This document shows, piece by piece, positions 46,304 through 55,204 of a DNA stretch of 64,000 nt (positions are counted from its first letter, which is position 1; every line of letters starts with the position of its first letter). This DNA is from Candidatus Handelsmanbacteria bacterium (GTDB lineage: Bacteria > Latescibacterota > UBA2968 > UBA8231): assembly GCA_016867395.1 (NCBI GenBank), contig VGJS01000018.1, positions 227-64,226 on the forward strand, in the 5' to 3' direction. The position numbers and the translations under genes are program-made. A model generated the notes under the pieces. The model did not search any database. It had not been told where the DNA came from and saw only the letters and a program-made list of their open reading frames with translations.

Positions 46304-47550
46304 ATGCGGTGGTGGCACGAAGGCCCGCTTCAACATGTTCGTGCACTGGGGCCTGTATGCCCAACTGGGCCGCCACGAATGGGTGATGAACCGCGAGCGC
46401 ATCCCCCTGGATGAGTACGAAAAACTCGCCGATACCTGGAAACCAGGCGAGCGCCTGGGCCCGCCTGGCCAAAGAAGCCGGGATGAAATACCTGGTGATG
46501 ATTACCAAACACCACGAGGGCTTCTGCCTGTGGGACACGGCGCAGACCGACTAAAACGCCGCCCGCCGCAGGCCCGGGCGCGACCTGGTGGCCGAGTACG
46601 TCGAGGCCTGCCGCGAGTTCAATCTCAAGGTTGGGTTCTATTACTAGCCCATGAACTGGCATCACCCGGACGGGGCGATGTGCGCCAAGGACGAGGCCGC
46701 CCGCCACTGTTTCCTCGATTTCACCCAGGGCTGTTTGCGCGAACTGTGCAGCAACTACGGCCGGATCGACATTCTCTGGCACGACGTTTCCTGGCCGCTG
46801 TCTTCGCCCGAGTTGTGGGAAAGCGTCGCGATGAGCCAGATAGCCCGCCAGCTGCAGCCCCACCTCATCCTCAACAACCGCGCCCAGCTCGACGAAGATT
46901 TCGGCACCCCCGAGGAACACGTCACCGCTGAGAAGGAGGGCCGCGCCTGGCAGGCGTGTATGACCTTCAACGGTTCCTGGGGGTACATGCCCATTTCGCC
47001 TTACTGGCGGCCGGTGCGCGAAGTAGTGGGCCTGCTCAATGCGGCCACCGCCGACAGCGGCAATCTGTTGTTGAACATCGGACCGGCCCCCGACGGCTCG
47101 GTGCTGCACGAAGTAGTGGAGCACCGAGCCGCGCTGGGCAAGTAGCTAGCCCCCAACTAGGAGGCCATCTACGGCCAGGTGGACCGCACCCAGGGGCGGA
47201 TGGAGTGGCTGCCCACCGGCTCGTGGACCCTCAAGGGCAACACCGCGTACTTATGTTGTACCCGCTGGCCGGGCAAGGCAATGGCCATCGGCGGGCTGAG
47301 GGCAAAGGTGGAGCGCGCCACACTGCTGGCCAGCGGTCAGGTCCTCACCTGCGAGCAGAGCGACAACCGCTTGGTGCTCAAAGGTCTGCCGGCGACCCAA
47401 CCTGACAGCGTCGCCGGCGCCACCCTCATCAAACTTGAATGCAGCGCCCCGCCCAAACAGGTCCTGGGCGTTGAATACGTGGTGCTGGAGTACTTAGTTT
47501 GCCGGGCGCGTCCTTCGCGGCGCACCTGCCCCCTTGCCGAGGAGCCCTGA
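46304..47550 (+). pseudogene. alpha-L-fucosidase (GH29) pseudogene: two frameshifts and four in-frame stops
   Basis: Reading across three frames gives MRWWHE / [41 protein letters not shown] / [40 protein letters not shown]...[15 protein letters not shown]...LLLNIGPAPDGS...ALGK*LAPN*EAIYG... Stops at 46552 (TAA), 46645 (TAG), 47143 (TAG) and 47158 (TAG). It is colinear with the intact paralog at 55205-56428. Confidence 0.8.
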
Positions 47551-48275
47551 TGGCCAAGTACGAAAAACCACTGCCCCTGCCCGGCGAGGTCTTTGGCGTC
47601 GCTGGGCGCACCGCCTTCCTCATCGCCCCGGAGCGGGCCAGCCGGCCTCGGCCCTGGATCTGGTACGCCCCCACCCTGCCCGGCACCCCCAGCCCCGAGG
47701 AAGGCTGGATGTTCGAGCAGTTCCTGGCGGCCGGCGTCGCTATCGCCGGCATCGACGTGGGCGAATCCTATGGCAGCCCCAAGGGCCGCCGCCTCTTCTC
47801 GGCCCTGCACACCGCCCTGGCCCGGCGGGGTTACTGGAAACGACCCTGCCTGCTGGCCCGCAGCCGCGGCGGCCTGATGCACTACAACTGGGCCGCCGAA
47901 AATTACCGCCTGGTAGCCGGCGTCGCCGGCATCTACCCAGTCTGCGATCTGACCACCTACCCCGGCCTGAAAACCGCCTGCGGCGCCTACGGCTTGAGCG
48001 AGGCGGGGCTGGCGGCGCGCCTGGCCGAGCACAACCCCGTCGAGCGCCTCGCCACCCTGGCCAGGGCCCGGGTGCCCCTTTTCCACACCCACGGCACCGA
48101 GGACACGGTGGTGCCCTTCGACCGCAATGCCGCACTGGTGGCCCGCCGCTACCACAAACTGGGCGGCCGGATGACCCTGCGGGTGTTAGAGGGCCAGGGC
48201 CACAACTGGTGGCCCGGCTGGTTCCAGTGCCAGGAACTGGTGGACTTCGCCATCGCCCGGGCCCATTCGCGATGA
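47550..48275 (+). CDS. alpha/beta-hydrolase (dienelactone hydrolase / prolyl oligopeptidase-like) family protein
   Basis: The ATG overlaps the TGA of the pseudogene frame (TGATG). 241 aa. Contains LARSRGGLMHYNWA (nucleophile-elbow-like region) and PLFHTHGTEDTVVPF. Confidence 0.75.
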   Translation: MAKYEKPLPLPGEVFGVAGRTAFLIAPERASRPRPWIWYAPTLPGTPSPEEGWMFEQFLAAGVAIAGIDVGESYGSPKGRRLFSALHTALARRGYWKRPCLLARSRGGLMHYNWAAENYRLVAGVAGIYPVCDLTTYPGLKTACGAYGLSEAGLAARLAEHNPVERLATLARARVPLFHTHGTEDTVVPFDRNAALVARRYHKLGGRMTLRVLEGQGHNWWPGWFQCQELVDFAIARAHSR

Positions 48276-48294
48276 CCAAGGAGGCTGCAAAGCT

Positions 48295-48483
48295 GCGGCG
48301 GGGAGATAACCCCGAGGCCTTTCCTGGGGAGTGGTTGGGCAGGGAAGTCCGCGTGTCGGGGTCCGGGTAGCTGCGCCATGCGAGCGGGTGGACGCAACGC
48401 CCCTAAGTATGGGGCGTTGCGGGGGTGGAGGGGATGAGATGGGCGCACCTTGGGAAAGGCCGGAGTGGGTCGCTCCCCGACGC
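48295..48483 (+). repeat. dispersed GC-rich intergenic repeat, copy B (long form with hairpin module)
   Basis: Colinear with copy A (10203-10399) over its full length, with scattered substitutions and small indels. Terminal inverted repeat GCGGCGGGGAG / CTCCCCGACGC. Ends 32 nt before the ATG at 48516. Confidence 0.75.
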
Positions 48484-48515
48484 CACCCCAGGATCAACGA
48501 GATAGAAACCGGCCG

Positions 48516-49268
48516 ATGGCTACTCCCCAGCAGTGGGCCGAGGAACTGCTGCCCAAGCTGCGCCTGCGGGGTGACGAGTCCCTGCTGGACCTGGGCTGCG
48601 GCGACGGCAAAATCACCGCGCTCCTGGCCGCCCGCCTGCCCCGCGGCCAGGTCCTGTGGGTGGACCTGTCGCCGGCGATGATCGAACTGGCGCAGTCGCG
48701 GTTTCCCCCGGCGGCCTACCCGAACCTTGCCATTGTGCAGATGGACCCGGCGCACCTCACCCTGGAGCCGCGTTTCGACCGGGTCTTCTCCAACGCCACC
48801 CTGCACTGGGTAGCCAACCACCTGGCCGTGCTGCAGGGGGTGCGGGCCTGCCTGCGGCCCGGAGGACGCATCCTCTTCCAGATGGGCGGCCGGGGCAACG
48901 CGGCGGCGGTTTTTTAGGCGCTGGCCGAGGTGGTCGCACGGCCCGCATGGCGCGGCGCTTTCGGCGGTTTCGCGAACCCGTACTCCTTCTACGGCCCCGA
49001 GGAATACCGGCAATGGCTGCCCCAGGCCGGTTTTCACCCGGTGCGCCTCGAACTGATCCCCAAGGACATGCAACACGCGGATGCCTCCGGCCTGCGGGGC
49101 TTGCTGCGCACCACCTGGTTCCCCTACGCTGACCGTCTGCCCGAGGAGCGGCATGCCTCCTACGTCGACGCGGTGATCGCCGCCTATCTGCAACACCATC
49201 CAGTGGACCTCTCCGGCGGCACCCATCTCGCCATGATCCGCCTCGAGGTCGAAGCCCATGCCGGCTGA
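48516..49268 (+). pseudogene. class I SAM-dependent methyltransferase (trans-aconitate methyltransferase-like) with a single in-frame TAG
   Basis: MATPQQWAEELL...LLDLGCGDGKITALLA (motif I)...RILFQMGGRGNAAAVF, TAG at 48915-48917, then in the same frame ALAEVVARPAWRGAFGGFANPYSFYGPEEYRQWLPQAGFHPVRLELIPKDM...IRLEVEAHAG. ORFs 48450..48917 and 48930..49268 share one frame. Confidence 0.7.
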
Positions 49269-50672
49269 AGCCACCGGACTGCTGCTTTTGCTTGACGAGG
49301 CAGTGGTCTCCCGCACCGCCGACTGCCGCCAGACCTTCCACGCCCCGGTCAAGGACCCCGCCAACCCGGTGCTCACCGCCACCGAACCCTGGAAGGGACG
49401 CGGCCCCTACACCTGGAGCACCCGCCTGCTGTGGAACCCCGAACGGGGCCTGTACGACTTCTACTACGTGGGTTTTCGCTTCGAGGATAATCACTACCGC
49501 TGGGAACTGGCCGAATTGGCGGACGGCTTCACCTGGACCAAACCGGATCTCGCCATCGAGACCTTTGCCCGCGCCCCGGCCCGCAACATGCTCACCGGCG
49601 GGCCGCACCCGGACAAGGCGGTGCGCTGCGTGGTCCGCGATCCCCGGCCCGACTGCCCGCCGGCCGAGCGCTACAAGGCCATCCGTTTTACCTATCTTGG
49701 CTTGTACGTCTCCTTTTCGCCCGACGGCCGGCGCTGGACCGAGGACCCGGGCAACCCGTTGTGGCGGGTGCCTTAGGACATCATCCACGCGATGTGAGAC
49801 CCCGGCTGTGAGCGCTTCGTCGCCTACTTCAAACTCTGGAAGGTCACCGGCGAGACCCCCGACCCCAGCACACCTTCTGGCTGGCGCCCGGTGCGCAAGT
49901 ACCTGCCCTATTTCTCGTGCCGCCTCGACGCCGAAGAGTTCTACGATGAGATCGAGGTCGAGTTGGACCTCGAAGGAGCGGCGGCAACCCGGCCCATCGA
50001 GGGCCTGCGGCTGCGCACCGCCGACCAGGGCATGGACGGCGGGGGCGGCGCTCCGATCACCGGCGCTTGGCACGCCCGCCGGGTGGTGACCCGCGCCGAG
50101 AGCAACAACTTCTGCCGCTGGCGCCGCGAGGAGATCCTCCTGCGTGTCGATGAGCGGGGCAACTTCATCGGCCAGGGCCCACCCGGCGCCTTCGGCAGCG
50201 GCATGGTGCCCCCACCGACCCCGTGCTCACCGAGACCCAGCTGGTCTTCTACTACGGCGGCTTCGACCTCAAGCACTGGCAGCGGGTGGCCGCTCCCTGG
50301 TCCTCGGCCATCGGCCGTGCCTCGATGCGCCGCGACGGCTTTTCCTCCTGGGACAATCTGCCGGGCCGCACTGGCACCGTCGAGTCCCAGCCCCTCCTGG
50401 CGCGGGGGGCCGACCTGTGGCTCTACGCCGATCCCCGGGCCGGACAGCTCCGGGTGGAGGTACGGGACGAGGGCGGTTAGGTGATCCCCGGTTTTGGGGC
50501 GGTGGACTGTACCTACCTCACTGAGGATACCGCCTGGTACGCGCAGTGCCTGGCGGCGATGCGCTTATCCTGGCTGGGGAACACGGTGACCGGCGCTGAT
50601 CCCGCCCCCAGCAAGACCCCCCTGTTTACCGGCGCCCCACGGCACTTGCCGCCCTGCCCGCCGGAAGGTTGA
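49258..50672 (+). pseudogene. glycoside-hydrolase-like beta-propeller pseudogene (three in-frame stops, at least one frameshift)
   Basis: MPAEATGLLLLLDEAVVSRTADCRQTFHAPVKDPANPVLTATEPWK... (same family start as 23711-25321) ...SPDGRRWTEDPGNPLWRVP*DIIHAM*DPGCERFVAYF... The frame switches near 50200-50215 to DPVLTETQLVFYYGGFDLKHW...VRDEGG*VIPGFG. Stops at 49774 (TAG), 49795 (TGA) and 50478 (TAG). Confidence 0.65.
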
Positions 50673-50751
50673 CACGGTCGCAGGTTCCCGCTAAGATCCA
50701 CAAGGTTCCGCAGCGCGGAGCCGCTGCCCTTCTCTGACCCGAGGTGAATCC

Positions 50752-51258
50752 ATGAAGGTCTCGGTCTTCATCGCCGCCAGCCTCGACGGATACATCGCCC
50801 GGAGCGATGGCGGTCTCGACTGGCTCGAGGACCCGCCGGACTTGGAAGAGGATTACGGGTACAAGGCGTTCATACGCAGCGTTGACACGCTGGCGATGGG
50901 CCGGGGCGCCTTCGAGAAGGTCCTCACCTTTCCCGAGTGGCCCTATGAAGGCAAGCGGGTCATCGTGCTCTCGCGCACCCTGCGCCAGTTGCCGCCCGGA
51001 TTCAAGGAGCGGGCCGAGCTACGCCGCGAGCTGCCCGCGCAGTTGGTGGAACACCTGCGCTGCCAGGGCTGCACCCGGATCTACGTGGACGGGTGCCTGA
51101 CCATTGAGGCCTTTCTCAACGCCGGCCTGATCACCGCACTGACCCTCACCCGCATCCCCCCTTCGGCCGGCTGGGCCGCGACCTGCGCCTGCTGCACCAG
51201 GACACCCCGCGCCTACTTTTCGGGCTTCGTGCAGTCCACCTATACCCTCCCGGCCTGA
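50752..51258 (+). CDS. dihydrofolate-reductase-like (RibD C-terminal domain) family protein; C-terminal region possibly damaged
   Basis: MKVSVFIAASLDGYIARSDGGLDWL...VDTLAMGRGAFEKV...KRVIVLSRT...IYVDG...FLNAGLI is family-typical. Residues 135-153 (PPSAGWAATCACCTRTP) are atypical, whereas an alternative frame reads FGRLGRDLRLLHQDTPR. Confidence 0.65.
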   Translation: MKVSVFIAASLDGYIARSDGGLDWLEDPPDLEEDYGYKAFIRSVDTLAMGRGAFEKVLTFPEWPYEGKRVIVLSRTLRQLPPGFKERAELRRELPAQLVEHLRCQGCTRIYVDGCLTIEAFLNAGLITALTLTRIPPSAGWAATCACCTRTPRAYFSGFVQSTYTLPA

Positions 51259-51993
51259 ATGGACCCGGCCGCGTACCTGGAACGCCTGGGCTGCATCTTC
51301 CCTGCGCGGCCCGATGCCCAGAGCCTGCGCCGCCTGCACCTGGCCCACCTGCGCTGCGTGCCCTTCGAGAACCTCGACATCCACCTGGGCCGGCCTATCC
51401 GCCTATTACTCCCCCTCCAATACGACAAGATCGTGGGCCGGCGGCGGGGCGGTTTCTGTTACGAACTCAACGGACTCTTCGCCTGGCTGCTCGCATCACT
51501 GGGTTATCGAGTGGAACTGCTCTCGGCCCGGGTGTACGGGCCCCAGGGCCTGGGTCCCGAACTCGACCACCTGACCCTGCGGGTCCGCGGCGAGGGCGAC
51601 TGGCTGGCGGACGTGGGCTTCGGGGACTCCTTCCTCGAACCCCTGCCCCTGGCGCCAGGCACCCCGGCCGCCGGCTATCGGCTGACAGAGGCGGCGGGCC
51701 AGTGGACCCTCCACCAGCAGCAGGCCGGCGGCGAATGGGCGCCCCAGTACCTCTTCTCCCTGCGCCCTCATCGCCTGGAGGACTTTGCGCCGGCCTGCCT
51801 CTTCCACCAGACCGACCCGTCCTCTCCTTTCACCTGCAAGCGCGTCTGCACCCTGGCCACCCCGCAGGGCCGCCGCACCCTGAGCGAACTGAAGCTCATC
51901 ACCACTGCTGGCGGCAGCCGGCACGAACGCCTGCTCGCTGGCGAGGCAGAGTGGCGGGAGGCGCTGCGCCAGCATTTCGGGGTGGTGCTCTGA
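51259..51993 (+). CDS. arylamine N-acetyltransferase (NAT) family protein
   Basis: VPFENLDIHLGRPI, RGGFCYELNGLF (catalytic Cys), LDHLTL (His), ADVGFGDSF (Asp). 244 aa. Confidence 0.85.
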   Translation: MDPAAYLERLGCIFPARPDAQSLRRLHLAHLRCVPFENLDIHLGRPIRLLLPLQYDKIVGRRRGGFCYELNGLFAWLLASLGYRVELLSARVYGPQGLGPELDHLTLRVRGEGDWLADVGFGDSFLEPLPLAPGTPAAGYRLTEAAGQWTLHQQQAGGEWAPQYLFSLRPHRLEDFAPACLFHQTDPSSPFTCKRVCTLATPQGRRTLSELKLITTAGGSRHERLLAGEAEWREALRQHFGVVL

Positions 51994-52021
51994 GAGGCAG
52001 GCTGAATCCAGGGTCTGAGGA

Positions 52022-52164
52022 GGGTCGGGGATGCCCTGGAGGTGTCGCCCGTGGAGCGGTTGGGAAGGGCAGACCGCGTGGTGGAATGGCCGGGCAGCGG
52101 AGCGAAGCGAGCGAAAGTGAAGGGTGCGCCTGGGGAGACACCGGAAGGGTATCCCTGACCCGAC
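52022..52164 (+). repeat. dispersed GC-rich intergenic repeat, copy D (diverged)
   Basis: ...GGAGCGGTTGGGAAGGGCAGACCGCGTGGTGGAATGGCCGGGCAGCGGAGCGAAGCGAGCGAAAGTGAAGGGTGCGCCTGGGGAGACACCGGAAGGGTATCCCTGACCCGAC aligns with the cores of copies A, B and C but has many substitutions. Boundaries are approximate. Ends 68 nt before the ATG at 52233. Confidence 0.5.
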
Positions 52165-52232
52165 AACCCGTCGCGGCCCACCTTTGTCCTCACCACCCCT
52201 TTTCCTAATATTGTCCCTCGGAGGACCCTCCC

Positions 52233-54703
52233 ATGACCAACACCCGACTCGACCTCAGCGGTAGCTGGCAGTTGCGGGAGGACCGCCCCGGCAGCCAGCC
52301 CATCCCCGCCGAGGTGCCCGGCGACACCCACAGCGCCCTTTTGGCCGCCTGCCTCATCTCCGATCCCAACTGGGGCAGGAACGAACTCGACCTCCAGCAC
52401 CTCAACCGCCAGGACTGGGTCTTCTCGCGCGCCTTTGCGGTGGACGAGGCCCTGCTGAAGGCCAAGTACGTTTACCTCCATTGCGACTCCCTCGACACCA
52501 TCGCCGAGGTGTACCTCAACGGGCTGTTGGCGGGGCAGTCCACGACATGTTCGCGCGCCGCCGCTTCGAGGTGCGCCCCCTCCTGCACCCCGGCAACAAC
52601 CAAATCGAGATCCGCCTGCGCTCCGCCGAGAACAAGGCCCGCCACCTGGCTGCCCGGGGACCCTACGAGGTGCCATGCTCGGAATACCCCGTGCAGTCGC
52701 CCCACCGCAACCTGGTGCGCAAGGTTCAGTGCCACCGCGGCTGGGACTGGGGCTGCTGCCTGATGGTGGCTGGGGTGTACGGCGAGATCTTTCTGGCCGC
52801 CGCGGACCCTGGGTGCATCGAGTACGTGTACACCGATCACGAGCACCAACTTAGCCTGTGCCGGCTCAAGGTGCACTGCGAGGTATGGGCGCCCCGATGG
52901 GGCGAAACCGAACTGGAGGTGTCCATCGGCGGCCAACACCACCAGCGCCAGGGGAAGTTGCAGCCCGGGGTGAATTAATTGGCGGAGGTAGTCGACATCC
53001 CCTCGCCCCGCCTGTGGTGGCCCAATGGCTGCGGGGCACAGCCCTTGTACGAGTTGGAGGCAAAAGCCGCCGGGGACACGGTGTGCAAGCGCCGGGGCCT
53101 GAGAAAGCTCGAACTGTTCGCCGAGCCCGACGAGATCGGCCTGGGTTTCAAGTTCCGCGTCAACGGGCTGGACATCTTCGCCAGGGGAGCCAACTGGATC
53201 CCCTGCGACGCCCTGCCCGCCCGCCAGACCCGCGAGGTGCTGGACGACCTTCTCAGCAGCGCCCCGCAGGTCGATATGAACATGCTCCGCGTCTGGGGTG
53301 GAGGGCAGTACGAGTCCGAGGCCTCCTACGATCTGTGCGACGAGAAGGGCCTCTTGGTCTGGCAGGACTTCATGTTCTCCTGCTCCGCCTACCCGGCCAC
53401 CCCCGAGTTCCTGGCCAATGTCGAGGAGGAGGCCCGCCACCAGGTAGAACGGTTGCGCGACCGCGCCTGCCTGGCCCCCCTGTGGTGCGGCAACAACGAG
53501 GACCTGGGGGCGCTCAACTGGTATGAGGTGTCGCGGAAAAACCGCGACCGCTACCTGGTGGACTACGACCGCCTCAACGAAGGGGTGCTGGGCCGGTTGG
53601 CCGACGAGTGCGACCCCACCCGCACCTTCTGGCCCAGTTCCCCTTGCGCCGGCTGGGGGGACTACTTGGACAGCTGGCGCGGGGACATGCACTACTGGCG
53701 GGTCTGGCACGAGGGCCACTCCTTCGACGCCTACTACGCGGTGACCCCCCGCTTCTGCTCCGAGTTCGGGTATCAGTCCTTCCCCTCCCTGGAGTGTATC
53801 CGAAGTTACGCGCCCCCAGACCAGCTAAACGTCACCGCGCCCGTGGTGGAGCACCACCAGCGCCACCCAGGGGGCAACGCCCGCATCGTCGAGATGTTCG
53901 CTCGCTATTTCCGCCTGCCCGAGGGCGTAGCCAAGTTCGTCTACCTCAGCCAGGTGCAGCAGGGCCTGGCCATCAAGGCCGCGGTGGAGCACTGGCGCCA
54001 CCTGCGGCCGGTGTCTATAGGCACCATGTACTGGCAACTCAACGACCTGTGGCCGGTCTGTTCCTGGTCCTCCCTCGAATACAGCGGCAAGTGGAAGCTG
54101 CTGCACCACATGGCGCGGCGCTTCTACGCCCCGGTCATCGCCTCGGCCTTCCAGACCCAGGCAGGAGAACTGGAACTGTGGCTGACCAACAACCGCAACA
54201 GCGCAGTGCCCTCGCACCTCACCCTGCGGGTCCTGGATTATGCGGACGTGGAACAGGGCCGCCGCGAGTTCACCGCCACCGCGCCCGCCGGCAGCGCCCT
54301 CAAGCTGGGTGTTTTCCCAATGGCCGAGCTGGCCCCCCGGCCCGACCAGGTCTTCGCCGTGCTCGATCTGGAAAGCGGCGGGGAGACCTACCGCACTACC
54401 CACTTCTTTGTCCCGTACAAAGCCTGCGAACTGAAGCCGGCCCAGGTGCGTACAGGGATCTCCGGCAAGGGCAGGCAACTCACCCTCACCCTGTCCACCG
54501 ACGCCCCGGTCTTCTTTATCAGCTTGGAGGTGGAAGGCTGGCGCGGGGAGTTCGATGACAACTGCATCACTCTATTGCCTGGCGCGAAGCGGCAATTGCG
54601 CTTCACCGCCAAATGGCCGACCCCCACCCGGAAACAGTTCGAGCAAGCGCTGGCGGTCGGCATCTGCGGGGGAGCTACTTTAGCCCCTGAAAGGCTGCAG
54701 TGA
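52233..54703 (+). pseudogene. beta-mannosidase-like GH2 gene with one frameshift and one in-frame TAA
   Basis: MTNTRLDLSGSWQLRE...DTIAEVYLNGLLAGQS (frame 0) switches near 52547 to (H)DMFARRRFEVRPLLHPGNNQIEIRL...KVQCHRGWDWG... TAA at 52976-52978 is followed in frame by LAEVVDIPSPRLWWPNG...FRVNGLDIFARGANWIP...VWGGGQYE...WQDFMF...CGNNE...HYW.VWH...SEFGYQS...MYWQLND. Confidence 0.8.
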
Positions 54704-55083
54704 TGTTGCACCCCGTCAAAGAACTCACCTACGCCATCCTGCTGTGCGACGACTTAGAGGCCATGAAGCGGTTCTATTGCGGGTTATTTCCCGTCGAGGT
54801 CCTCCAGGTCGTGGAGTCCGCGATTGTCCTGGGCCTCGGGTCCACCCAGTTCGTCCTTCGCCAGCGCACCCGCACCTATGACGGCCTGGGGCCCCGTCTT
54901 GGGGTCCCAGGGGTCCAGCTCTGCTTTCGCGTCGGCCCCGAGGAGGTTGAGCCCTGCTACCAGCAACTCCTCGCCCAAGGCGTTGCCATCGCCGAGCCGC
55001 CCACCGATCAGCCCCGAGGCCACCGGACGGTATATTTCTTCGATCCAGAGGGTAACCTCCTGGAAGTATATGCCGAAATCTAG
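54703..55083 (+). CDS. VOC (glyoxalase/bleomycin-resistance/dioxygenase) family protein
   Basis: The ATG overlaps the upstream TGA (GTG at 54700 is an alternative start). Ends ...HRTVYFFDPEGNLLEVYAEI, typical of the VOC fold. Confidence 0.8.
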   Translation: MLHPVKELTYAILLCDDLEAMKRFYCGLFPVEVLQVVESAIVLGLGSTQFVLRQRTRTYDGLGPRLGVPGVQLCFRVGPEEVEPCYQQLLAQGVAIAEPPTDQPRGHRTVYFFDPEGNLLEVYAEI

Positions 55084-55204
55084 CTTGGGGAAGCTCCCCT
55101 TACATCCACAGATAGGTCGCTCCTCCATGCGGCGCTTCTTGGCCCCACTCCGCCACTTTGCCTAGATTTCACCCCAGCCCCTCACCGCCATCCGGAGGAT
55201 TCCG

